This document shows positions 1 to 8,865 of a stretch of DNA of 64,000 bases, one piece after another. The position numbers and the translations under genes were made by a program. This DNA is from an uncultured Gemmatimonadota bacterium. GTDB taxonomy: Bacteria; Gemmatimonadota; Gemmatimonadetes; Palauibacterales; Palauibacteraceae. The notes under the pieces were generated by a model, which was not told the origin of the DNA, did not search any database, and was given only the letters and a program-made list of their open reading frames with translations. The stretch is from NCBI GenBank assembly GCA_964499635.1, contig CAZCLY010000002.1:239878-303877 (forward strand), written 5' to 3'. How positions within the stretch are numbered: the first letter of the stretch is position 1; every line of letters begins with the position of its first letter.

Positions 1-630
1 GTCTACCAGGCCGAGGTGTTCGCGCGTCACCGGATCGACTGTCCCCGCACCCTCGTCGTGGGACCGGGGGGCGAGGAGGAGATCGCGCGGGACATCGGAT
101 TCCCGTGCGTCGTCAAGCAGCCCGACAGCTCGTTCTCGAGGGGAGTCACGCGCATCGAGTCGGGAGAGGAGCTGAAGCCCGCGCTGGACGCCCTGTTCCG
201 CGATACCGAGCTCGTCGTGGTGCAGGAATGGATGCCCACCGAGCACGACTGGCGTGTCGGCGTGCTCGACGGTGGTCCGCTGTTCGTGTCGCAGTACCAC
301 ATGGCACGTGGCCACTGGCAGATCGCCGTGCACGATGTGGGGCGGAAGACGCGCTACGGGCGTGTCGAGACCGTCGCCATTCCCGACGCGCCCGCGGGCG
401 TCGTGGATCTGGCCGTGCGCGCCGCCCGCCTGTTCGGCGATGGCCTGTATGGGGTCGACGTCAAGGTCGTGGACGGCAAGCCGCTGGTCATCGAGGTCAA
501 CGACAATCCCAACCTCGAGGCGGGGGTGGAGGACGCGCACGACCGCGACCGTATCTACGGGGAGCTCGCCGGCCTGTTCCGCCGGCGCCTCGACCAGCGC
601 GGCGATCGGCCGGGCCGGGGCGCCGGGTGA
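1..630 (+). CDS. RimK-type ATP-grasp ligase, C-terminal part (5' end outside the window)
   Basis: The frame is open from base 1 to TGA 628-630. The translation carries ATP-grasp/RimK-like blocks (FPCVVKQPDSSFSRGV, ELVVVQEWMP, YGVDVKVVDGKPLVIEVNDNPNLEAGVED). Confidence 0.85.
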   Translation, partial: VYQAEVFARHRIDCPRTLVVGPGGEEEIARDIGFPCVVKQPDSSFSRGVTRIESGEELKPALDALFRDTELVVVQEWMPTEHDWRVGVLDGGPLFVSQYHMARGHWQIAVHDVGRKTRYGRVETVAIPDAPAGVVDLAVRAARLFGDGLYGVDVKVVDGKPLVIEVNDNPNLEAGVEDAHDRDRIYGELAGLFRRRLDQRGDRPGRGAG

Positions 631-1844
631 CGCCCCCCCTCCACCTGTTCGAGGCCTTCGGCGTCGAGATCGAGTACGCCATCGTCGACGCCGACACGCT
701 CGACGTACGGCCGCTCGCCGATCGGTTGATGGAGTCGGTGGCCGGCCGGCCCGCGTCGGAGTTCGTGCGGGGCGGGGTCGGCTGGTCGAACGAGCTCGCC
801 CTGCACGTCCTCGAGCTCAAGACCGACGGTCCGGCCCCGGAGCTCGGACCGCTTCCGGACCGGTTCACCGCCGAGCTTCGCACGGCGGATGCCGCCCTGG
901 GTGCCCTCGGAGCCCGACTCATGCCCGGCGCGATGCACCCGTGGATGGACCCGGCCACCGAATCCAGGCTGTGGCCGCACGAGTACAACGACGTGTACCG
1001 GGCCTTCGACCGGATTTTCGGGTGCTCCGGCCACGGCTGGACCAACCTCCAGAGCCTGCACCTGAACCTGCCGTTCCACGGCGACGAGGAGTTCGCGCGC
1101 CTGCACGCGGCGATCCGGCTCGTCCTGCCCCTGACGCCGGCCCTCGCCGCCTCCTCGCCGGTCGCCGACGGCCGACGGAGCGGAGCCCTGGACACGCGAC
1201 TCGTGGCGTACATGGGGAACTCGCGCCGCATCCCCTCCGTGGCCGGGCTCGTCGTCCCCGAGCCGGTGCGCACCCGCGATGAGTACGAGCGCCGCATCCT
1301 CGCCCGGATCTACGACGACCTCGCGCCGCACGACCCGGAAGGCGTGCTCCGGCACGAATGGGCCAACGCGCGCGGCGCGATCGCGCGCTTCGAGCGCGGC
1401 TCGATCGAGATCCGGCTCCTCGACTCGCAGGAATGCGCCTCGGCGGACATCGCCCTCGCGGCGGCCGTGACGGACGTCGTCCGCCGGGTTGCCGAGGAGG
1501 TGGACCCGTCGGCCGCCAACCGCGTGCCCACCGAGCTCCTCGCGCACGTTCTCGAGGCGACCGTGCGCGAGGCCGATGCCGCCGTCATCCCGACGGAGAT
1601 CCGGCACCTCCTCGGCGTGAGATCCTCGGACGGCGCGGGGCGATTGTGGGGCCGTCTGCTCGACCGGGCGGCGAGCCTCGCGGCCGACCCGCGGCTCGCG
1701 CCGAGCATCGAGCGCACGCTGCGGGATGGGCCGCTGGCCCGCCGGCTGGTCGCGGCCCTTGGCGAGGGACCCACGCGGGAGATCCTCCACACCGTGTACG
1801 CGCGGCTGTGCGACTGCCTGCGCGCGGATGCGCCCTTCGAGTAG
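627..1844 (+). CDS. Glutamate-cysteine ligase family 2 (GCS2, YbdK-like carboxylate-amine ligase)
   Basis: GTG 627 overlaps the upstream stop (GTGA). The translation from there (VTPPLHLFEAFGVEIEYAIVD..., WSNELALHVLELKT, SIEIRLLDSQE) looks like GCS2. The Arg/Pro-rich first ~174 aa of track ORF 105..1844 are an off-frame read of the ATP-grasp gene. Confidence 0.85.
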   Translation: MTPPLHLFEAFGVEIEYAIVDADTLDVRPLADRLMESVAGRPASEFVRGGVGWSNELALHVLELKTDGPAPELGPLPDRFTAELRTADAALGALGARLMPGAMHPWMDPATESRLWPHEYNDVYRAFDRIFGCSGHGWTNLQSLHLNLPFHGDEEFARLHAAIRLVLPLTPALAASSPVADGRRSGALDTRLVAYMGNSRRIPSVAGLVVPEPVRTRDEYERRILARIYDDLAPHDPEGVLRHEWANARGAIARFERGSIEIRLLDSQECASADIALAAAVTDVVRRVAEEVDPSAANRVPTELLAHVLEATVREADAAVIPTEIRHLLGVRSSDGAGRLWGRLLDRAASLAADPRLAPSIERTLRDGPLARRLVAALGEGPTREILHTVYARLCDCLRADAPFE

Positions 1845-1854
1845 GCGGGGGCGC

Positions 1855-2667
1855 GTGCGCTCGGGGCCGGGCTGGGTCGTGTCGTGCGAGCATGCCGGCT
1901 GCCGCGTCCCGCCCCGGTACCGGCAGCTGTTCGCGGGGCACGCGGAGCTCCTGCGCTCACACAGGGGGTGGGACGCCGGCGCGGCCCCGCTGGCCCGCGA
2001 GCTCGCATCGGCGCTCGGACGGCGGGCGCTGCTCCACCTTCCGACGCGTCTCCTGGTGGACGCCAACCGCTCGCCGACCCACCGCGCCTGCTTCTCGGAG
2101 CTGTCGCGCGGGCTCCCCGCGGCGGAGCGCCGACGCGTCCTGCAACGGATCCATGCGCCGCACCGGCGACGCGTCGCGGGCGCGGTCGAGACCGAGATCG
2201 CTCGACACGGCGCGTGCGTGCACGTCGGCGTCCACACTTTCACGCCGCGGCGGGACGGGGTCGAGCGCACCGCCGAGGTGGGCCTCCTGTACGATCCCGG
2301 GCGTGCGTGGGAGCGCGATCTGTGTGCCTGCTGGCGGTCGATCCTCGAGCGGCGGGCGACCTCGGCAGGCGAGGTCGGGGGAGGCGGCGAGGCGTGGCGG
2401 ATTCGGCGCAACTACCCCTACCGCGGCGTCGCGGACGGCCTCACCACCACGCTCCGCGGGACGCTCGGCGGGGACGCCTACGCCGGGATCGAGCTGGAGG
2501 TCAACCAGGCGCTGCTCGGAACGCCCGGGGCGATCCGACGTGTGGGACGCCTGCTGACGGCCGGGGTAGGGGCGCTCGTCGAGTGGGCGGCCGCCACCGC
2601 TACGTCTTCTTCTTCCTCTGCAGCCCGTCGAGGGCCCGATCTACCACCTCCTTCGCCGAGGCCGTGA
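1855..2667 (+). CDS. N-formylglutamate amidohydrolase (FGase) family protein
   Basis: GTG 1855 lies 11 nt after the GCS2 stop. Motifs SCEHAG, LLVDANRS, VHTFTP and NYPYRG are typical of the FGase fold. The 3' end overlaps the convergent ORF by 68 nt. Confidence 0.8.
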   Translation: MRSGPGWVVSCEHAGCRVPPRYRQLFAGHAELLRSHRGWDAGAAPLARELASALGRRALLHLPTRLLVDANRSPTHRACFSELSRGLPAAERRRVLQRIHAPHRRRVAGAVETEIARHGACVHVGVHTFTPRRDGVERTAEVGLLYDPGRAWERDLCACWRSILERRATSAGEVGGGGEAWRIRRNYPYRGVADGLTTTLRGTLGGDAYAGIELEVNQALLGTPGAIRRVGRLLTAGVGALVEWAAATATSSSSSAARRGPDLPPPSPRP

Positions 2668-3025
2668 TCCCCCCTCGCTCGTACTCCTGGACGACCAGCT
2701 GCTCCATGCGCTCGACGAGACGGTCCACGCCCGGTCCGGACGCGGCGGCGAGCGGATCGTGGTGCTCCCGCGCCCCGAACAGGTTGATCCACTCATCGGT
2801 GCGGTGACCGAGCTGGAGGATGCGATAGAACTGAAGGCCCGGACGCGGGCCGACGCCGAGGAGGTCGAGCACGACGGCGCCGGTCGAGATCGGCATCATC
2901 AGGAAGTCGCGCACCCCGTCCAGGAACAGCTTGAGCTGGAACACGAGGGCATCCCGAATGAGCGTCCAACGCGAAGGGCGCAGTTCGGTGCGCGCGGGCT
3001 GGCGGCGCGTCGGCGTGGTCTCCAT
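2600..3025 (-). CDS. Conserved hypothetical protein with one hydrophobic segment
   Basis: ATG 3025 is preceded by GGGGGAGAAG. Composition is unbiased (K, F, Y, I, Q present), unlike the overlapping Arg/Pro-rich frames. I chose the internal Met (METTPTRR...) of track ORF 2600..3118. Confidence 0.6.
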   Translation of the reverse strand: METTPTRRQPARTELRPSRWTLIRDALVFQLKLFLDGVRDFLMMPISTGAVVLDLLGVGPRPGLQFYRILQLGHRTDEWINLFGAREHHDPLAAASGPGVDRLVERMEQLVVQEYERGGITASAKEVVDRALDGLQRKKKT

Positions 3026-3223
3026 GGTCTGTCTGTCTTCTCCCCCTGCGGTCTTGCGGGACGGCCGGGCGGACACCGGTGCCCGTGAGCCCGAGCGGCC
3101 CGCTTTCCTGTTCAGCACAGTGTACGTTGGAACGTGTCGCTCGCGGCACCGGATTCCGTGCGCGCCCGTCGCCGCCGCGCAGTCGAGTACGGATTCTGTT
3201 CCGCCACAGATTCGGGAGGAAAG

Positions 3224-4909
3224 ATGACGGCCAGGACTTCACCGCTCGCGATCTTCGCGCTCGGTCTCGCGATCGCCGCGTGCGGCACCGCCGGCGCCGA
3301 GGACGGGAACCACGACCACGTCGCCGCCGATGGCGGGGACCATCCCGCGCACGCCGCCACCACGGCGGAGCCCGGTGGCGCCCCGTTGTACGACAACCTC
3401 GGCGACCACGGACACGCGATCACCACGGCCTCCGCCGGGGCCCGGGACTACTTCGACCAGGGTCTCAGGCTCCAGTACGCCTTCAACCACGCCGAGGCGA
3501 TCGCGTCCTACCGCGCCGCGCTGGAGCGCGACCCGGATTGCGCCATGTGCTGGTGGGGCATCGCGCTTGCCAACGGTCCCAACATCAACGGGGAGATGGA
3601 GGAGGACGCCGGCCGGGACGCCTACGCCGCGATCGGCGAGGCCCGCTCGCGCACCGCGGGGGCGAGCGAGCTCGAGCGGGCGCTCATCGATGCGCTCGCA
3701 GCGCGGTACGGCGCCGACCCGGGCGCCGATCGCGCGGCGCACGACTCGGCCTACGCGACGGCAATGGCCGCGGTGGCGGAGCGCTTCCCCGACGACACCG
3801 ACGTGCTCACGCTGTACGGCGCGTCGCTCATGAACCTGCGCCCGTGGGACTACTGGTCGGGCGACTACGGCGCCCGGACGCCCAACGCGGGCACCGACGG
3901 GATCCTGGCGGCGCTCGAGCGCGCCATCCAGCTCGACCCGCGGAATCCCGGCGCCTGCCACTACTATATCCACGCGGTGGAGGCCGCCCACCCCGAGAAG
4001 GCGGTGGCGTGCGCCGATCGTCTGGCCACCCTCATGCCGGGGGCCGGGCACATCGTCCACATGCCCGGGCACATCTACATCCGGGTGGGACGATACGCGG
4101 ACGCCGTGCGGGCCAACGAGCACGCGGTCCATTCCGACGAGACCTACATCGAGGACCGCAACCCCATGGGGTTGTACCCGGCGGCGTACTATCCGCACAA
4201 CTACCACTTCATGGCGTTCGCGGCGACGATGGCCGGCATGTCCGGGAAGGCGATGGAGGCGTCGCGCATCGTGTCTCCCAAGGTCCCCAAGGACATCGCC
4301 CTCCAGGTCCCGTGGATCCAGAACGCCATCGTCTTCCCGCACCTCACCGGGGTGACGTTCGGGCGCTGGGACGAGGTGCTGTCGCTTCCGATGCCGGACC
4401 CGGAGCTCCACCAGGCGACGGTCATGGCCCTGTACGCGCGGGGCGTCGCGCTGGCGGCGACCGGCGACCGCACAGCGGCGGCGGAGGCCCTCGACGAGAT
4501 GGAGAGCGTCGTCACCGACGCCGATCCCGAGGGCGAGAATCCGGTGCTCGCGATCGCGCTCGACGCCCTGCGGGGCGAGATCGCGCATCGCGGAGGCGAT
4601 CTCGAGGGAGCCGTCGGATACTTCCGGGCCGCGGCGGACCACGAGGACGAGATGCTGTACGAGGAGCCGCCCCTGTGGTACTACCCGATCCGGCACTCGC
4701 TGGGCCGCGCCCTGCTCGAGGCCGGTCGGGCCGCCGAGGCCGAGACGGCCTACCGGGAGGATCTGGCCCGCTTCCCGGCCAACGGCTGGTCGCTGTTCGG
4801 GCTGGCGCGGAGCCTCGAGGCACAGGGGAAGGACGCGTCGGCGACCTGGGCCGACTTCGAGGCCGCCTGGAAGGACGCGGATGTGACGCTCGCCGCGTCG
4901 CGCTTCTGA
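3224..4909 (+). CDS. TPR-repeat lipoprotein with a His-rich N-terminal linker
   Basis: ATG 3224 lies 4 nt after GGGAGGAAAG. The signal plus lipobox is MTARTSPLAIFALGLAIAAC, followed by the His-rich DGNHDHVAADGGDHPAH. TPR-like helical repeats run through the rest (AEAIASYRAALERDPD..., AAEAETAYREDLARFPANGW). Confidence 0.8.
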   Translation: MTARTSPLAIFALGLAIAACGTAGAEDGNHDHVAADGGDHPAHAATTAEPGGAPLYDNLGDHGHAITTASAGARDYFDQGLRLQYAFNHAEAIASYRAALERDPDCAMCWWGIALANGPNINGEMEEDAGRDAYAAIGEARSRTAGASELERALIDALAARYGADPGADRAAHDSAYATAMAAVAERFPDDTDVLTLYGASLMNLRPWDYWSGDYGARTPNAGTDGILAALERAIQLDPRNPGACHYYIHAVEAAHPEKAVACADRLATLMPGAGHIVHMPGHIYIRVGRYADAVRANEHAVHSDETYIEDRNPMGLYPAAYYPHNYHFMAFAATMAGMSGKAMEASRIVSPKVPKDIALQVPWIQNAIVFPHLTGVTFGRWDEVLSLPMPDPELHQATVMALYARGVALAATGDRTAAAEALDEMESVVTDADPEGENPVLAIALDALRGEIAHRGGDLEGAVGYFRAAADHEDEMLYEEPPLWYYPIRHSLGRALLEAGRAAEAETAYREDLARFPANGWSLFGLARSLEAQGKDASATWADFEAAWKDADVTLAASRF

Positions 4910-4947
4910 GGGGCGGCTCCGCCGAGCCTGGCCTTGCCCGGACGGGT

Positions 4948-4975
4948 CCCGGCGGCTCCGATCGGAGCCGCCGGG
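4948..4975. terminator. Perfect 28-nt palindrome between convergent genes (candidate bidirectional terminator hairpin, no U-tract)
   Basis: CCCGGCGGCTCCGATCGGAGCCGCCGGG equals its own reverse complement. It lies between the stop at 4909 (+) and the stop at 5035 (-). Confidence 0.45.
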
Positions 4976-5034
4976 GGCCGTCGTGGACTCGACGGGCCGT
5001 CGGACCGACCCCGGTACGAAACGCTCGCTGCGGT

Positions 5035-5913
5035 TCAGCACCCCCGGGTCGGATACCACAGCCACGTCCCGCGCTCGTCGTCGCGCCACCGGATCCAGCC
5101 CTCCAGCGCCTCGCCTTCCCACGTCTCCCCCAGACACCCCGCGAGATACACGCCCGGCCGGTACGCCCTCACCCGCGCCCAGTCGCCGCGGACCTCGAGC
5201 AGCTCCACCTCATCACGCGGCTGGAGCCACGCCGTGCGTTCGGCATCGGGCGCCGGACCGGTGCGGAGCGCGTGGCGCGACTCGTCGCGGAACGACAGAG
5301 GGGGCGCATCGGCCCCCGCGAACCGCTCGCTCCACAGGACGACGTCGAGGGCGAGCTCGCCCGACCCGAGCAGACAGCGTCGCGTCCACATGCGCCCGGA
5401 TGTCTCGCCGGGGCCGAGCGGCCCCGGGTCCACCCACAGCTCGATCCAACCGTCCTCGCGCGTCGAGATCACGATCGGGCGGGCCGCTTCGTAATCCGTC
5501 TCCACCATGCCGCGGTAGGTCAGCGCGAGGCGATCGCGAGGGGGGTCGATCGGAATCCACCAGCCGCGATGGATCCACACGCCGGCATCGTCCTCCGCGG
5601 GCGTCCAGAAGAGCGGCAAGGTGACGTGCGGCAGCCAATCCCCATTCGAGGGCGGCGTCGCCGCACCGGCATCGTCGCCCGTCTCGCGCGGCTCCAGATA
5701 GCCCACGCCGAGATTCCGACGCTCGAGCCCGTTTCCCCATGCCCAGTAGGCCTCGGAGCGCTGGCTGGAGTCGGGGGGGGTCACGCCCTCGAGGAGACCC
5801 TCGTCACCGGGGCGCGGGCACGCGGGCTCCTGAGCGGCGAGGGAGGCCGCGGCGAGCGCCGCGCACGCGAGCGCGAGCGCCGTGGGGGCGTCGACGCCCC
5901 CGCGGGCCTTCAT
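5035..5913 (-). CDS. Secreted Trp-rich hypothetical protein
   Basis: An internal Met gives the signal peptide MKARGGVDAPTALALACAALAAASLAAQ. The mature part is very Trp-rich (WAWGNG, WIHRGWWIP, WIRWRDDERGTWLWYP) and ends in Cys. An alternative ATG is at 5940. Confidence 0.65.
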   Translation of the reverse strand: MKARGGVDAPTALALACAALAAASLAAQEPACPRPGDEGLLEGVTPPDSSQRSEAYWAWGNGLERRNLGVGYLEPRETGDDAGAATPPSNGDWLPHVTLPLFWTPAEDDAGVWIHRGWWIPIDPPRDRLALTYRGMVETDYEAARPIVISTREDGWIELWVDPGPLGPGETSGRMWTRRCLLGSGELALDVVLWSERFAGADAPPLSFRDESRHALRTGPAPDAERTAWLQPRDEVELLEVRGDWARVRAYRPGVYLAGCLGETWEGEALEGWIRWRDDERGTWLWYPTRGC

Positions 5914-5992
5914 CGATCCCCAGAATCGAATAACATGCATCCTCGATGGGTACCCCTGCGAAACGGCGACAGCTTCCGGTGACGCACGCGCC

Positions 5993-6631
5993 ATGGAACG
6001 AGCCCTGAACGGTAGCGAGGTGACCGACCGCGCGCTGGTCCTGCGGGCGCAGGGCGGCGAGCGCGCCGCGTTCGGCGAACTCGTCACCCGGTACATGCAA
6101 CGGGCGTACTTCGCCGCCCTCGGGCTGGTCGGGTCGCACGACGATGCGCTCGACCTCTCGCAGGAGGCGTTCGCGCGCGCCTTCCGGGCTCGCGCGAAGA
6201 TCGATCCGGAGCGGCCGTTCTTCCCGTGGCTGTACCAGATCATTCGGCGTCTGTGCTTCAATCACACGCGTGACCGTTCGAGCCATCGCCGCAAGCTCGA
6301 GCGGGCCGGCGCGTGGCTGGCCGACACGACGATGGGCGAGAGCCCGGCGAACCCCGACGCCGAGACCGAACGCCGGGAGCTGCGCGACATCATCACCCGC
6401 GCCATCGACCGGCTGTCGGTCCGGGAGCGTGAAGTCCTCGTATTGCGCGAATTCGAGGGCCTGAAGTACCGGGAGATCGCGGATGTGGTGGGCATCCCGG
6501 TGGGGACGGTGATGTCGCGGCTGTACGCGGCCAGGAGGGCGCTGGCTCGAGAGCTGGAGGCGGGGGGCCTGGTGCGGCCCCCAGCCTCCGCTACGGACGA
6601 AACGAGACGACCCGAGGAGGGCTCCCCGTGA
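5993..6631 (+). CDS. ECF (group IV) RNA polymerase sigma factor
   Basis: Region 2 (DDALDLSQEAFARAF, FFPWLYQIIRRLCFN) and region 4 (LSVREREVLVLREFEGLKYREIADVVGIPVGTVMSRLYAARRAL) are recognisable. I chose ATG 5993. Confidence 0.9.
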   Translation: MERALNGSEVTDRALVLRAQGGERAAFGELVTRYMQRAYFAALGLVGSHDDALDLSQEAFARAFRARAKIDPERPFFPWLYQIIRRLCFNHTRDRSSHRRKLERAGAWLADTTMGESPANPDAETERRELRDIITRAIDRLSVREREVLVLREFEGLKYREIADVVGIPVGTVMSRLYAARRALARELEAGGLVRPPASATDETRRPEEGSP

Positions 6632-7101
6632 AGGACGAGTCGGAACGGGCCCCGACGGAGAAGGAGCGGTGGCGCCGCCTGATGATGGCGGCCGTCGACG
6701 GCGAGATCTCCGACAACGACCGCGCGACGCTGGAACACGCCCTGGCAGGGGACGCGGGCCTGCGCCGTGAATTGCGCTCCTTCGAGAGGCTCAGGGAGGT
6801 GACGAGCACCATGACACCAAGGCGACCGCCCCCCGAGGTGTGGGATACGTACTGGCAGGGCGTATACCGACGGTTGGAGCGGGGGCTGGCGTGGATCCTG
6901 GTCTCGGTGGGCGCCATCGTGCTCACCGTGTGGGGCGTGTGGACGTGGGTGAGCGAGTTGCTGGCAGACACGACCCTGCCCGTGTTCGTACGCTGGTCCG
7001 TGCTGGTGCTCGCCGCGGGGCTCGCGATCCTGTTCGTGTCGGTCGTCCGCGAACGCTGGTTCCTGCAGAGGGATGACCCCTACAAGGACGTGGTGCGATG
7101 A
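6628..7101 (+). CDS. Membrane anti-sigma factor (no zinc motif)
   Basis: GTG 6628 overlaps the sigma stop (GTGA). It has an N-terminal helical anti-sigma-like segment and then hydrophobic helices (LAWILVSVGAIVLTVWGVW, VLVLAAGLAILFVSVV). Confidence 0.75.
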   Translation: MKDESERAPTEKERWRRLMMAAVDGEISDNDRATLEHALAGDAGLRRELRSFERLREVTSTMTPRRPPPEVWDTYWQGVYRRLERGLAWILVSVGAIVLTVWGVWTWVSELLADTTLPVFVRWSVLVLAAGLAILFVSVVRERWFLQRDDPYKDVVR

Positions 7102-7418
7102 TCGTCACTCCGTCGAGCCGCATTCCGGGCCGAACGGTCTCCACGGACCTCGGGCTCGTGCGCGGCAACACGATCCGGGCGAGGAACCTCGGCCGCGACA
7201 TCCTCGCCGGCCTCAAGAGCCTCATCGGCGGCGAGATCCAGGAGTACACGAAGATGATGGCGGAAGCGCGCGAGCAGGCGATCGACCGCATGGTGGAGGA
7301 CGCCGAGACGCTGGGGGCGGATGCGGTGCTCAACGTCCGGTTCTCGACCTCCTACGTGATGGGCGGCGCAGCGGAGATCCTCGTCTACGGCTCGGCGGTG
7401 ACGCTGGAGAGCGAGTGA
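7098..7418 (+). CDS. YbjQ/UPF0145 family protein (putative heavy-metal-binding domain fold)
   Basis: ATG 7098 overlaps the upstream stop (ATGA). The 106-aa protein has the typical blocks GLVRGNTIRARNLGRDILAGLKSLIGGEI..YTKMMAEAREQAIDRMVEDAETLGADAVLNVRF. Confidence 0.85.
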   Translation: MIVTPSSRIPGRTVSTDLGLVRGNTIRARNLGRDILAGLKSLIGGEIQEYTKMMAEAREQAIDRMVEDAETLGADAVLNVRFSTSYVMGGAAEILVYGSAVTLESE

Positions 7419-8863
7419 CCCCCTGCGCAGCGCGTGTGCCCGTCACGGTGTGCGTCCTCGCCGGGCTGTGCGCCGGCGAGGGCAAGCCCGGCGCGAGCGA
7501 CCTCGCGGCGCAGGAGACCGATCCGGCCGCGGAGGGCGGCGTGTGGACGGGATCGCTCGCCGTCCTCGGTCAGGACCTCGGGTTTCGGGTGGCCTTTCGC
7601 CGCGAGGGAGACTCGCTGCGGGCCACCATGGACATCCCCGCGCAGGGCGCCCACGAGCTCGAACTCATCCACGTCGCGGCGACGTCGGCCCGCGTCCACT
7701 TCGAGCTCGAGGCCGGGCCGGGGCTCGCGGTGTGGGACGGACGGATGGTCGACGGTGTCGTCGAGGGGGAGTTCACGCAGGGGGGCGCCCGGGGGACGTT
7801 CCACATGGCGCGCGGCGAGGCGCCGCCACCGCCCGCGACGGCCGTCGAGACCCGGCCCTACCGGAGCGACGAGCTCGAGTTCGCCAACGGTGACGTCCGC
7901 CTCTCGGGCACCCTGACGGTGCCGGAGGGGAGCGGTCCGTTTCCCGCCGTCGTGCTCCTCTCGGGCTCGGGGCCCCAGGATCGGGACTCGGACCTGCTCG
8001 GCTTCCCGGTGTTCCGCGTGCTGGCGGATCACCTGACCCGGAGCGGGATCGCGGTGCTGCGCTACGACGACCGCGGGGTGGGCGGCTCGACGGGGAGCGT
8101 GTTCCTGTCGACCACCGACGACTTCGCGGACGACGCGCTGGCGGCGATCCGGAGCCTCGCCGGTCTCCCCGACATCGATCCCGACCGGATCGGCCTGTTC
8201 GGTCACAGCGAGGGGGCCGTGGTGGCGCCGCTCGCGGCCTCGCGCTCGGAAACGGTGGCGTTCGTGGTGCTGCTCGCCGGTACCACGGTGCCGGGCGCGG
8301 AGGTGATCTACGAGCAGGGCGCGGCGATCGCGCGTGTCGCCGGCGCCAGCGAGGCGGACATCGCGTCCGGCCGCGATCTCCAGCAGCGCATGTTCGAGAC
8401 GCTGGTGAACGGCGGCGACCTGGCACCGTTCCTACCCGAGGTGGAAGCCTCCATCCGCGAACGGATCGCGGCGCTTCCGGCGGCCGAGCGGGACGCGATC
8501 GTCGATGTCGACGAGTACGTTGGGCGCCAGGCGGCCGCGCAGATCCAGCAGATCCAGACACCGTGGTTCCGCTTCTTCCTGGCGTACGATCCGATCCCGG
8601 CGCTGCGGGCCACGACCGTCCCGGTCCTCGCGTTGTTCGGCGAGCGCGATCTGCAAGTGACCCCGGCGCAGAACATGGGTCCGATGACCGATGCGCTGCG
8701 CGACAACCCCGACGCGACGCTCCAGGTCGTGCCCGGCGCCAACCACCTGTTCCAGAGCGCCGGGACGGGGAGCCCCTCCGAGTACGCGACGCTCGACAGC
8801 CGGTTCGCGCCGGGCGTCCTCGAGACGATCTCGGACTGGATCCTCGCCCGCTTCTCTTCCTGA
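7415..8863 (+). CDS. Secreted alpha/beta-hydrolase with an N-terminal beta-rich domain
   Basis: GTG 7415 overlaps the YbjQ stop (GTGA). The nucleophile elbow is GLFGHSEGA, followed by VPVLALFGERD and GANHLF, which are Asp/His-type blocks. Confidence 0.8.
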   Translation: MTPCAARVPVTVCVLAGLCAGEGKPGASDLAAQETDPAAEGGVWTGSLAVLGQDLGFRVAFRREGDSLRATMDIPAQGAHELELIHVAATSARVHFELEAGPGLAVWDGRMVDGVVEGEFTQGGARGTFHMARGEAPPPPATAVETRPYRSDELEFANGDVRLSGTLTVPEGSGPFPAVVLLSGSGPQDRDSDLLGFPVFRVLADHLTRSGIAVLRYDDRGVGGSTGSVFLSTTDDFADDALAAIRSLAGLPDIDPDRIGLFGHSEGAVVAPLAASRSETVAFVVLLAGTTVPGAEVIYEQGAAIARVAGASEADIASGRDLQQRMFETLVNGGDLAPFLPEVEASIRERIAALPAAERDAIVDVDEYVGRQAAAQIQQIQTPWFRFFLAYDPIPALRATTVPVLALFGERDLQVTPAQNMGPMTDALRDNPDATLQVVPGANHLFQSAGTGSPSEYATLDSRFAPGVLETISDWILARFSS

Positions 8864-8865
8864 GC

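Noticed and set aside
5914-5992. An ECF-type autoregulatory promoter (GAAAC ... CGCA) in front of the first sigma gene
   Set aside because: The spacing is about 18 nt and the -10 part is poor. It would also leave an almost leaderless mRNA. The match is too weak to report as a feature.
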